Assembly: GCA_963604715.1 (NCBI GenBank)
Contig: CAVCSV010000008.1
Coordinates: forward strand, 2,529 to 66,528
Reading direction: 5' to 3'
DNA: 64,000 nt
DNA from: Limosilactobacillus gorillae
GTDB lineage: Bacteria; Pseudomonadota; Alphaproteobacteria; CAAGCB01; CAG-977
Shown one piece after another: positions 20,328 to 29,382 of this stretch (the stretch's first letter is position 1; each line of letters opens with the position of its first letter). A program made the translations under genes and the position numbers. The notes under the pieces are model-generated. The model saw only the letters and a list, made by a program, of their open reading frames with translations. It was not told the origin of the DNA and did not search any database.

Positions 20328-21223
20328 CAAAGCCGCTGCTTTTGCTGCTGTTTTTGGCGGGGTGTCAGCTTCCTGCGGAAAACGGCACGCCGCTGAAAGT
20401 GGACGCGTATTCGGCGGAAATCCCCGCGGACAAAGCGGCGGTCGTGCGTCTGCAAAACAAAATCATTCGTCAAAGCAGTTTGGAATACAGGGACTTTTAC
20501 CCCAAATTGAAAGCGGTTTTGACCGAAAAAGGCTATCGGATTGTTTCGGAAAACCAACCGCATGCCGTTGTGTTGAAACTTTATTTCGGTGTACGGCGCA
20601 CGAATTACTGGAACGGGCGGTACAGCATCGGAAAAACGTCAAAACCGTCGGCTTATTCGGACGATGTTTTTGCGCAAGCGTTGTCCGTTTACAAAAAAAC
20701 GAATTTGTATTCCAAATTTTTGCGCGTTGTTGCCGTCGATGCCGAAAACCCGAAGCGCGAGCTGTGGAAAGTCAAAGCCGTCAAAGAAGACGAAGCCGAG
20801 GATTTCCGTTCCGCGCAATATGAATTGCTGTATCTGTTCAACCGCTATGCGGAACGGGATTCTTTGCTTCAAATTCGGGGAAATTTGTCGGGCAATGAGG
20901 TTTATCAGCGTTTTATTCGGAAAGTGTCGCCCGCGCAAACGGATATGACCGCTTATTTGCCGATGGAGCTGAAAAACGATTATCAAAAATGGCTGCAAAG
21001 AAAAGTCAACGCCTGCGCAAAGGTTTTTGTTCCGTGCGGTTTGAAAGCGGGAACATGGGCGAGGTTCGAACTGACCGCGTTCGGAACGGTGGAATTTTTT
21101 GAAACAAACGCCGATTCCGAACGGGCGAAGTCCTGCTTGGCGGAAATGTTGGAAAGTTTGGTTTTGGCACCCGTCGGCATTCCCAAGAACGAAACCTATA
21201 CCGTTGTCATTCCGCCGCCATAA
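20324..21223 (+). CDS. Lipoprotein of unknown function (299 aa)
   Basis: Lipobox FLAGC and an ATGA overlap with the upstream gene. No family was recognised. Confidence 0.6.
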   Translation: MTKPLLLLLFLAGCQLPAENGTPLKVDAYSAEIPADKAAVVRLQNKIIRQSSLEYRDFYPKLKAVLTEKGYRIVSENQPHAVVLKLYFGVRRTNYWNGRYSIGKTSKPSAYSDDVFAQALSVYKKTNLYSKFLRVVAVDAENPKRELWKVKAVKEDEAEDFRSAQYELLYLFNRYAERDSLLQIRGNLSGNEVYQRFIRKVSPAQTDMTAYLPMELKNDYQKWLQRKVNACAKVFVPCGLKAGTWARFELTAFGTVEFFETNADSERAKSCLAEMLESLVLAPVGIPKNETYTVVIPPP

Positions 21224-21587
21224 ACGCGTTTTGAATATGCTTCGGAAAACCGTTCGGAGTCATTAAAATCACATCAAAACGAATGTCGAAATCCGCAAAT
21301 TCGGGATGAAGCATCAAATAATACTCCGCCCCCCTGACGCGGCGTTCCCGCACCAAAGGCGACACGGATTCCGCCGCCGCCGTTTCGGTTTGGCGCAGTT
21401 TGACTTCGGCAAAGACCAAAACTTTGCCCTTTCGGACAATCAAATCGATTTCGCCCGCACCCGTTCCGCGCGGCGGTTTGAAGTTTTGTTCAACGACCCG
21501 ATAGCCTTTCAGCCGCAAAAACAAAGCCGCCTTGGTTTCCGCAAGATGCCCCCGTTTGTTGGCTGTTCTGCCCTTTTCGCTGTTCAT
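21207..21587 (-). CDS. yraN: YraN-family endonuclease (UPF0102)
   Basis: The 126 aa product matches YraN (GEIDLIVRKGKVLVFAEVKLR). Confidence 0.8.
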   Translation of the reverse strand: MNSEKGRTANKRGHLAETKAALFLRLKGYRVVEQNFKPPRGTGAGEIDLIVRKGKVLVFAEVKLRQTETAAAESVSPLVRERRVRGAEYYLMLHPEFADFDIRFDVILMTPNGFPKHIQNAFMAAE

Positions 21588-22420
21588 TTCAGTTCCAAAG
21601 CCCGCTTGTACAGTTCTTTTTTGGAAACGCCCGTCTGTTCGGCGACAACGGCGGCGGCGTCCTTGATTCGCATGGTTTCCAGCGCTTTTTTCAGCAAAGC
21701 GTCAATGTCCGCGGCTTCGGCTGGCTTTTCCAAAGGCGGCGCGACGACAATCACGATTTCTCCCTTGGGCTGACCGTTTTGTTCGTAATGCGCCAACAGC
21801 TCCGAAAACGTTCCGCGCACGGTTTGTTCGAATTTTTTGGTCAGCTCGCGCGCGACGGCAGCGGGGCGGTCGCCCAGCACTTTTTTCATCGCTTCCAGCG
21901 TTTCCGTCAAACGGTTCGGGGATTCGTAAAAAATCAAAGTCGCGGGAATGTTTGCCAGCTCGTTCAACTCTTTTTCCTTTGCGGCGGCTTTGGGGGGCAG
22001 AAAGCCCTCGAACAGCCAGCGGTGCGACGGCAGTCCCGACAGCTGCAAAGCCGTCAAAACCGCGCTTGCCCCCGGAATGGCGGTAAAGTAAATATCGTTC
22101 GCGATGCAGTCCTGCACCAGCCGATACCCCGGATCGCTGACAATCGGCGTTCCCGCGTCGGACACTTGCGCAATCATTTCCCCGTTTTTCAGCCGTTCAA
22201 TCAGTTGAGGGCGCACTTTTTCCGCGTTGTGTTCGTGATAGGGCGTCAGTTTCGCCGATATGCCCAGATAAGACAGCAGTTTTGCCGTGACGCGTGTATC
22301 TTCGCACGCGACAAGGTCTGCTTTTTTCAAAACTTCGACGGCGCGGGCGGAAATATCGCCCAAATTGCCGATGGGGGTTGCAACCAGATACAATCCTTTG
22401 ATAAAAGTTTGTTCAGACAT
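21584..22420 (-). CDS. rsmI: 16S rRNA (cytidine1402-2'-O)-methyltransferase RsmI
   Basis: GLYLVATPIGNLGDIS…ACEDTR, a tetrapyrrole-methylase-fold family. Confidence 0.85.
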   Translation of the reverse strand: MSEQTFIKGLYLVATPIGNLGDISARAVEVLKKADLVACEDTRVTAKLLSYLGISAKLTPYHEHNAEKVRPQLIERLKNGEMIAQVSDAGTPIVSDPGYRLVQDCIANDIYFTAIPGASAVLTALQLSGLPSHRWLFEGFLPPKAAAKEKELNELANIPATLIFYESPNRLTETLEAMKKVLGDRPAAVARELTKKFEQTVRGTFSELLAHYEQNGQPKGEIVIVVAPPLEKPAEAADIDALLKKALETMRIKDAAAVVAEQTGVSKKELYKRALELK

Positions 22421-22485
22421 TTGCACTCCTTTGCAAAAACGGTTAAGATGCATCTAATCACATTCTTCAAGCGGGAGCAATTTCT

Positions 22486-24054
22486 TTGCGTACTTTTATT
22501 CGACAGGCGGCAACGGTTTTCCTTATCGGCGTTTTGGCTTCGTGCGGCGGGATTCGTCTGCGCGGCGTGGACAAAAGCGTTTTTAACGCGGCGGATGCCG
22601 ATTTGGCGGAAAAAGGCGAACACGCGGTTCAGCAAACCGCCGAAGCCGCCCCGAAACCGCCCGAACTGATGCGCGTCGGCGTGCTGCTGCCGCTCAGCGG
22701 GGATTCGGCAAAGCTGGGAACGGCGTTGCGCAATGCCGCTTTGATGGCGTTGTTCGATGTGAACAATCCGCGCTTGATTTTGCAGTTCTACGATACCGAA
22801 GGCACGCCCGCCAAGGCCCGCGAAGCCGCCGAACTGGCTATCAGCCAGGGTGTCGAGCTGATTATCGGTCCCGTATTTTCGTCCGCGGTCAAAGCGGTGC
22901 GTCCGTCCACCCATGACGCGCGCGTCGGCGTGATTACGTTTTCGTCGCACCCGTCGAATCTGGGCGACGGCGTGTACACCATCAGTTCTTTGACGTCGCA
23001 ACAGGCGGAACACATCACGCGCTACGCTTGCGACAAAGGGTACAAACGCTTTGCGATTCTCAGTCAGGACAACGCGACGGGCGACATCATTTCTTTGGCG
23101 GTCAAAACGGCGGCGGACGCATGCGGCGCAAAAATCACCAAAGCCGCTTTCTATGATCCGAAACTGGACAATTTGCAGGTTGCCGTTTCCGCGATTATGC
23201 CGCGCATGATGGAAGATTTGGAAAAAGAACGCGACGACGAGGTTGAACGCTTGGAAAAAAGCCGCGAATCCGTCGCCGAGGGTCATCCCGTCAAAATGAA
23301 AAACAAGGAAACGGACGAATGGACGGACGTTCAGATGACGCCCGAAGAATTGGAAGCCGCGATTGAAACGCTGAAAACGACAGAACTTGTCCGCGACCCG
23401 TTTGAATTCGACGCGATTTTCGTTACCGATGAGGGCAGTCGTTTGCGTTCGCTGGGGGCGTTGTTCTCTTATTATGATTTGCCGTCCGAAATCCGCGTTT
23501 TGGGAACGTCGCAATGGGCGGAGGCCCGTCCCGCGCGCGAACCGTCGCTGATTGGCGGGTGGTTTACGAATTTGCCGTCGGCGGGATTCGCCGCGTTTGC
23601 GCGCCGCTATCAGGACGCTTACGGCGACAAACCGCCCCGTATCGCTTCGCAAGCGTACGATGCGGTTGCTTTGGCGGCGGTATTGGCGGAAACGGGCGGA
23701 TTTTCGTATTCGGATTTGACCACGCCGTCGGGCTTTAACGGCATTGACGGGCTGTTCCGCCTGCTGCCGAACGGATTGTCCGAACGCGGATTGCAAGTCC
23801 TTGGCGTGGAAAAGAAAGGCTTTGTAACACTGTCCCCCGCAATCGAAGTGTTTGAAACGGAACCCGTTTACGCGCCCGAAGTGTTCATTAAGGATTTCCG
23901 CAATTCGCCCGATTTGGTGTACATCCCGCCCGAAGAACCCGAAGAAACGGAAAATACCGAGAATACGGAAGCAAATACGGAGGAAAAAATCGAAACCCCC
24001 GTTGAACCCGTGTTCGGCTATTTGGGACAGAAACCCGCTTCAGACGTTTATTAA
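22486..24054 (+). CDS. LpoA/YraM-like lipoprotein (periplasmic-binding-protein fold; a possible penicillin-binding-protein activator)
   Basis: The signal peptide ends VLASC. The Leu/Ile/Val-binding-protein-like domain and the rsmI–lpoA–yraN synteny resemble E. coli. Confidence 0.55.
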   Translation: MRTFIRQAATVFLIGVLASCGGIRLRGVDKSVFNAADADLAEKGEHAVQQTAEAAPKPPELMRVGVLLPLSGDSAKLGTALRNAALMALFDVNNPRLILQFYDTEGTPAKAREAAELAISQGVELIIGPVFSSAVKAVRPSTHDARVGVITFSSHPSNLGDGVYTISSLTSQQAEHITRYACDKGYKRFAILSQDNATGDIISLAVKTAADACGAKITKAAFYDPKLDNLQVAVSAIMPRMMEDLEKERDDEVERLEKSRESVAEGHPVKMKNKETDEWTDVQMTPEELEAAIETLKTTELVRDPFEFDAIFVTDEGSRLRSLGALFSYYDLPSEIRVLGTSQWAEARPAREPSLIGGWFTNLPSAGFAAFARRYQDAYGDKPPRIASQAYDAVALAAVLAETGGFSYSDLTTPSGFNGIDGLFRLLPNGLSERGLQVLGVEKKGFVTLSPAIEVFETEPVYAPEVFIKDFRNSPDLVYIPPEEPEETENTENTEANTEEKIETPVEPVFGYLGQKPASDVY

Positions 24055-25165
24055 CGAACGGCACAGCGCGTTTAAAATCAGCAATCCTTTGGCGGTGGCG
24101 CGCAATCCTTTTTTGTCGCAAACCATCAAGCCGTCCATTTGGTAATCCTGCAAAACTTCGCCGTCTAAAAACGATTCGAAGTCTTGTCCGACAACGGTTT
24201 TGAAGTCTTCCCTGTTCAACCCCTTTTCGGTGCGCAGAGCCATTAAAATCAGCTCTTCCGCCTTTTCTTTCGGTGTCAAAACGATTTCTTCGCCGCCCGT
24301 ATGCCGCATCCATTCGGCGGGAATGCGGCTTTCGGCGGTGGCGATGAATTTGCCGTTTTGCGTAAAACGCCCATGCGCGGCGGGACCGACGCCAATCCAT
24401 TCTCCGCCCTGCCAATACAGCAAATTGTGTCGGCATTCATGCCCTTTTGCGGCGTGATTGGACACCTCGTAACGGGGAAGTCCCGCTTGATAGGTCATGC
24501 GGTCGGTCAGGGTGAACAAATCGGCGCACAAGCCGTCTTCGGGCATTTCCAAGCCCTTTTTGTAGAAATACGTCCCCTCTTCCAACGTCAGCTGATACAG
24601 GGACAAATGCTTTAAATTCAGCGACAGCGCTTGGTCAAGCTCGCTTTGCCATTGGGCGTAGGTTTGTGTCGGACGGGCGTAAATCAAATCCGCCGAAACC
24701 TCGTCAAAAACTTGTTTTGCATCCGAAACAGCCCTTAAAGCCTGCTCGACGGAGTGCAATCGCCCCAAAAATTTCAAATCCGCGTCGTTCAACGCCTGCA
24801 CGCCCAAAGACAGTCGCGTTATCCCCGCCGCGCGGTAAGCTTTCAGCTTGTCCGAATCGACCGAGCAGGGGTTGGCTTCCATGGAAATTTCCATATCGTC
24901 GGCACAAGCCCACAACGCTTTGATTTTGGCGATAACCGAAGCAATCAGTTCGGGCGGCATCAGCGACGGCGTTCCGCCCCCGAAAAACACGCTGGAAACG
25001 GCTTTGTCGGGCAATCGGCGCGCGTAGGCGGTCAAAGCGTCGGCGTACTTTTCGTCCCACAGGGCGAAATCGATGGTTTTCGCGGGATAACTGGCAAAAT
25101 CGCAGTACGGACACTTTGACCGGCAATACGGAAAGTGGATGTAGATTCCGAAGCTCACAAGCACC
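24040..25165 (-). CDS. hemW: Radical-SAM heme chaperone HemW (HemN-like)
   Basis: The CxxxCxxC motif is YIHFPYCRSKCPYCDF. A GTG start overlaps the rdgB stop. The longer track ORF (MARRAH…) is an N-terminal over-extension. Confidence 0.8.
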
Positions 25166-25748
25166 CCTTGACGAATTGATGCAAAGCATCCGCGCGGTGG
25201 CTGATGGTGTTTTTGATTTCGGCGGGCAGTTCGGCAAACGTCTTGTCGTAGCCGTCGGGGATAAACATCGGGTCGTAGCCGAACCCGTCCGAACCGCGCG
25301 GGGTTTTGCTCAATGTGCCGTTGACGCGTCCCTCGAATGTTTCGGTGTGCCCGTCGGGCCACGCAATCGCAATCGCGCAGGCAAAATGCGCCGAACGGTC
25401 GGCGGCGTCGCCCAATTCTTTGTTCAAGCAGTCCATCGCATACGCAAAGCCGTTCTTTTTGGGTTCGTTATAGCGCGCGGAATAAATCCCCGGACGGTTG
25501 CCGAGCGCGTGAACGCACAGTCCAGAATCGTCGGCAAGGGCGGGCATTTTCGCTTTCAACGCCGCAGATTCCGCCTTTAGTTTCGCATTCGCAACGAACG
25601 TATCGCCCGTTTCTTCGGGTTCGGACAGGTGCAAATCGTCGGCGGACAGAACCTTAATGCCATAAGGGGCAAGCATCGCTTGCAGTTCGCGGACTTTGCC
25701 TTGGTTATGGGTTGCCAGAACAACCTCTTTTTCAATCAGTTTGCGCAT
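25155..25748 (-). CDS. rdgB: dITP/XTP pyrophosphatase RdgB (Ham1 family)
   Basis: VLATHNQGKVRE…FGYDPMF. Confidence 0.9.
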   Translation of the reverse strand: MRKLIEKEVVLATHNQGKVRELQAMLAPYGIKVLSADDLHLSEPEETGDTFVANAKLKAESAALKAKMPALADDSGLCVHALGNRPGIYSARYNEPKKNGFAYAMDCLNKELGDAADRSAHFACAIAIAWPDGHTETFEGRVNGTLSKTPRGSDGFGYDPMFIPDGYDKTFAELPAEIKNTISHRADALHQFVKGCL

Positions 25749-26465
25749 TTATTCCCCCAAAGCTTCGTGCTGGATGCGGGCGATTTCGGTCGTGCCTTTC
25801 AACGCCAGAGCGTACAATTCGTGGAATTGGTCAAGCGAAAACGGCTTTCTTTCCGCCGTGCCTTGGATTTCGACGATGCCGCCTTTGCCCGTAATGACAA
25901 AGTTGGAATCGGTTTCGGCGTTGGAATCTTCGATATAATCCAAATCCAGAATCGGCGTTTCTTCGTAAATGCCGCACGAAATCGCCGAAACGGTGTCGAA
26001 CAGCGGCAAAGTGTAAAAGCGCCGGCGTTCCCGCAGTTTCTGCAAAGCCAGATGCAGGGCGACAAAGCCGCCCGTAATCGACGCGGTGCGCGTGCCGCCG
26101 TCGGCTTGAATGACGTCGCAGTCGATTTTGATGCAGATTTCACCCATTGCTTTCAAATCGACGACGGAACGCAAAGCCCGTCCGATCAGGCGTTGGATTT
26201 CTTCGGTGCGTCCCGACTGCCCTTTTTTGGCTTCGCGGTCGGTGCGTGTTCCCGTGGCGCGGGGAATCATGCCGTATTCGGCGGTGACCCAGCCGCGCCC
26301 CGAATTGCGCATCCACATCGGGACTTTGTCCTCGACCGTCGCGGTGCAAATGACGTGCGTGTCGCCGCATTTAATCAGGCAAGACCCCTCGGCGTGTTTG
26401 TTGATGTTCGGTTCAATGACGATTTTTCTGAGTTCGTCAAATTTTCTTTTGGACGGGCGTTCCAT
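25749..26465 (-). CDS. rph: Ribonuclease PH
   Basis: The 238 aa product matches RNase PH ([16 protein letters not shown]…). Confidence 0.9.
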   Translation of the reverse strand: MERPSKRKFDELRKIVIEPNINKHAEGSCLIKCGDTHVICTATVEDKVPMWMRNSGRGWVTAEYGMIPRATGTRTDREAKKGQSGRTEEIQRLIGRALRSVVDLKAMGEICIKIDCDVIQADGGTRTASITGGFVALHLALQKLRERRRFYTLPLFDTVSAISCGIYEETPILDLDYIEDSNAETDSNFVITGKGGIVEIQGTAERKPFSLDQFHELYALALKGTTEIARIQHEALGE

Positions 26466-26486
26466 AATTTTTAATCTCCTTTAAGC

Positions 26487-26516
26487 GTTGAACGGTTGAC
26501 GTTTGACCTTATGATT
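26487..26516 (+). promoter_or_regulatory. Possible sigma32-type promoter upstream of hrcA-grpE
   Basis: cgTTGAA-N15-CCTTATGAT resembles the alphaproteobacterial RpoH consensus. No CIRCE inverted repeat is present. Confidence 0.25.
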
Positions 26517-26532
26517 ACTACATTTATCGATT

Positions 26533-27582
26533 ATGAGTAAGAAAATATCAATGCTGAGTGAATTAAATCAGCGTTCCCGCGACATTTTCAGGTCGCTGGT
26601 GGACGCTTATTTGGAAAAAGGCGAACCCGTTGGGTCGAAGACTCTGGCGGGATTGTTGGATTTTCCGCTGTCCTCGGCATCGATTCGCGCCGTTATGGCG
26701 GATTTGGAGGAAGCGGGACTGCTGACGTCGCCCCATACCTCGGCGGGACGGATTCCGACCGAAAAGGGGTTGAAGCTGTTTGTCGAGGGGCTGCTGGAAA
26801 TCGGGTCGCTCGACCCCGCGGAACGTCACGCCATTGAAGCGCACTGCAAAACCGCGGGCGACAGTTTGGAAAACATGCTGTCCCAAGCTTCCGCCACGTT
26901 GTCGGGATTGTCCAAATGCGCAGGTGTTGTCATTGCGCCGAAGCTGGACGCACCGCTGAAGCATATCGAGTTTGTTCCTTTAAGCGCGGGGCGGGCTTTG
27001 GTGGTGCTGGTAACCGCGAACGGCGCGGTGGAAAACCGAATCATCGATATTCCGTTGGGAACTTTGCCGTCGTCATTGACCGAAGCGACCAACTATTTGA
27101 ACCGCCGCATGCAGGGCAAAACGGTGGAGGAAGCGTCCGCCATCATCAAAGCCGAAATCAGCGACCGCAAAGCGCAACTGAACGAATCCGCCGAACGGTT
27201 GGTATCGCAAGGTTTGGCGGCGTGGGGCGGCGGCAAAAAAAGCGTCCTTATCGTCAAAGGGCAGGCGAACCTGCTGGACAACATTCAAGCTTTGGACGAT
27301 TTGGAACGCGTGCGCAGTCTTTTCGGCGTGCTGGAAGCGCAGGAAAGCATGGCGAAACTGTTGGATTTGACGCAAACGGCAAACGGCATCCAGATTTACA
27401 TTGGGGCGGAAAATTCGCTGTTTGCGCTTTCGGGCTGTTCGATGATAACCGCGCCTTATCGCGACGGCAGCGAAAAAATCGTCGGAGCGGTGGGCATCAT
27501 CGGTCCGACGCGCATGAATTATGCCAGAATCATTCCCTTGGTGGATTATACGTCAAGAGTGGTAAGCAAGTTGATAGGATAA
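26533..27582 (+). CDS. hrcA: Heat-inducible transcription repressor HrcA
   Basis: The 349 aa product matches the HrcA family over its full length. Confidence 0.9.
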   Translation: MSKKISMLSELNQRSRDIFRSLVDAYLEKGEPVGSKTLAGLLDFPLSSASIRAVMADLEEAGLLTSPHTSAGRIPTEKGLKLFVEGLLEIGSLDPAERHAIEAHCKTAGDSLENMLSQASATLSGLSKCAGVVIAPKLDAPLKHIEFVPLSAGRALVVLVTANGAVENRIIDIPLGTLPSSLTEATNYLNRRMQGKTVEEASAIIKAEISDRKAQLNESAERLVSQGLAAWGGGKKSVLIVKGQANLLDNIQALDDLERVRSLFGVLEAQESMAKLLDLTQTANGIQIYIGAENSLFALSGCSMITAPYRDGSEKIVGAVGIIGPTRMNYARIIPLVDYTSRVVSKLIG

Positions 27583-27586
27583 CGTT

Positions 27587-28204
27587 ATGACACACAAAAA
27601 ACATCACGAACATTTTGAAGAATCCATGGAAAACGACGAACAGCTTCCAGTTGTCGAGGAAGAAACGCCCGAACAAAAACAAGAGGAAGCCAATGCCGAA
27701 TTGGAAGCGCTGAAAGCGGAAGTCGCCAAATTCAAAGACCTTTACGTTCGTGCGGAAGCCGAAATGGAAAATCTGCGCCGCCGCACGCAAAAAGAGCTGG
27801 AAAATCGTTCCAAATTCGCGGTTTCATCGTTCGCCAAGGATTTGCTGCCCGTCGGCGACAATTTGACGCGCGCGATGGCGGCTTTGCCCGAATCCGAACG
27901 CGAAAACGAACAAATCAAAAATCTGATGATAGGGCTTGATTTGACGCAAAAGGATTTGACGCAAGCTTTGGAAAAGAACGGCGTCACGGCAATCGAAAGC
28001 GTCGGTCTGGTGTTCGACCCGAACAAGCACAAAGTCGTGCAGGAAATCGACGACCCGACCAAACCGACGGGAACGATTATTCAGGAATGGCAGAAAGGCT
28101 ACATGATCGGCGGCGACCGCGTGCTACGCGAAGCCGTTGTCGTGGTGACCAAAGGCGGCCCCCGCGCGGATGCGCCCGCGGAACATGTCGACACCGTGGC
28201 GTGA
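27587..28204 (+). CDS. grpE: Nucleotide exchange factor GrpE
   Basis: An acidic N-terminus followed by a GrpE coiled-coil and beta-domain. Confidence 0.9.
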   Translation: MTHKKHHEHFEESMENDEQLPVVEEETPEQKQEEANAELEALKAEVAKFKDLYVRAEAEMENLRRRTQKELENRSKFAVSSFAKDLLPVGDNLTRAMAALPESERENEQIKNLMIGLDLTQKDLTQALEKNGVTAIESVGLVFDPNKHKVVQEIDDPTKPTGTIIQEWQKGYMIGGDRVLREAVVVVTKGGPRADAPAEHVDTVA

Positions 28205-28259
28205 TTAAGCTCGAACTTGCGACACGGCAATCCGGGAATTGGTCGGTACAAAAAAACAT

Positions 28260-28440
28260 AACAAAATCGTCATTGCGAGTCCGCCTTGGCGGGCGAAGCA
28301 ATCCATTGACTCCGCATTTGAGGCTGGCATTTTGCAAATGGATCGCCACAGCCCTAAAGGGCTTCGCGATGACGAATATGGGGAGCACAAGTGCCATTGC
28401 TTGCGCGGGACTGCCGCATAGCGGGTGAAGCAATCTCAGG
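28260..28440. repeat. Intergenic region with two related imperfect hairpin units
   Basis: Unit 1 is ATTGCgagtccgccttggcgggcgaaGCAAT. Unit 2 is ATTGCTTgcgcgggactgccgcatagcgggtgAAGCAAT. The surrounding tcgtcattgcgag / cttcgcgatgacga also form an inverted pair. Confidence 0.35.
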
Positions 28441-28523
28441 ATTTGTCGGCACCAAACAAAGCGTTCGTCTATATGGACGTTTGAGGCAAAAACGGGTATC
28501 TTTCCACAAGAAAGAGAGGGCAA

Positions 28524-28853
28524 ATGGAACCTTTGAAAAACATCGCGAAAGCGCGCGTTTTGACGCTGAAAGACCAAGTGGACTATCAAGCGGGACAGAT
28601 TGTCAGCAAAACGCTGGTGCAAAACAGCGCCGTCAGCATTACCCTATTCGCTTTTGAAGCGGGCGAGGAAATCAGCACGCACCAATCCGACGGCGATGCG
28701 TTTGTGACGTGTCTGGACGGCGTCGGCATTTTAACCATTGACGGCAAAGATTTCGAACTGAACGCGGGCGAAAGCATCGTCATGCCCGCGCATCACCCCC
28801 ACGCCGTCAAAGGCAAAGAACGCTTTAAAATGATGCTGACGGTCGTGTTTTGA
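28524..28853 (+). CDS. Cupin-domain protein
   Basis: The 109 aa product has a cupin fold (conserved-His motifs HQSDGDAF…HHPHAV). Confidence 0.7.
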   Translation: MEPLKNIAKARVLTLKDQVDYQAGQIVSKTLVQNSAVSITLFAFEAGEEISTHQSDGDAFVTCLDGVGILTIDGKDFELNAGESIVMPAHHPHAVKGKERFKMMLTVVF

Positions 28854-28860
28854 CCTGAAA

Positions 28861-29373
28861 TTAGCCGATGCGGTAAACTTTTCTGTACAGCGCGGTTTTT
28901 ATTTTTTGAAATCTCTGTTCGCTTGCGGCTTTGCCCGAAGTCATAACGTGCATGGCGACGGCTTTTTTGCCGCGCGACATAGGCGGCTGTTCATACGGGT
29001 AGGTGTTCAGGAAAAAACCGTTCCGTTCGTAAAATCCGATACGCCGCCGCGCTATGTCCGTATTGGGCGGGTCGACTTCCAAACAAACGGGTTTTCCCAG
29101 TTTTTCGACCAAATCTTTCAGCATTTTTCCGCCGATGCCGTTGTTGCGGAAAGCGGGATTGACCGCAAAGTGTTCGATAAACACGAAATCGTCGAACCGC
29201 CATGTCGAAATGAACGCTTTTATCGCCGTTCCGTCTTTCAGTCCGTATACCGCATAGTCGGAATCGGCAAACAAAGCTTGCTGTTCCGCGCGACTGCGGT
29301 ATTCGTCGGCGGGAAAGCTTTTTTCCATCAAGGAAAACAAAGCGTCAAAGTCGTTTTTTGTCAAACGTTGCAT
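28861..29373 (-). CDS. GNAT-family N-acetyltransferase
   Basis: Acetyl-CoA-binding motif (FAVNPAFRNNGIGGKML). Confidence 0.75.
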   Translation of the reverse strand: MQRLTKNDFDALFSLMEKSFPADEYRSRAEQQALFADSDYAVYGLKDGTAIKAFISTWRFDDFVFIEHFAVNPAFRNNGIGGKMLKDLVEKLGKPVCLEVDPPNTDIARRRIGFYERNGFFLNTYPYEQPPMSRGKKAVAMHVMTSGKAASEQRFQKIKTALYRKVYRIG

Positions 29374-29382
29374 AAGGATTTT

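Noticed and set aside
24040-25362. The 440 aa form of hemW starting MARRAHRN…
   Set aside because: The conserved HemW N-terminus (YIHFPYC radical-SAM motif) begins about 66 residues in, at a GTG overlapping the rdgB stop. The extension is Arg-rich, has no homology and would overlap rdgB by about 200 nt.
26466-26532. Looked for a CIRCE element (TTAGCACTC-N9-GAGTGCTAA) upstream of hrcA-grpE
   Set aside because: No matching inverted repeat is present. Only a weak sigma32-like promoter could be proposed, consistent with alphaproteobacterial hrcA being RpoH-driven.
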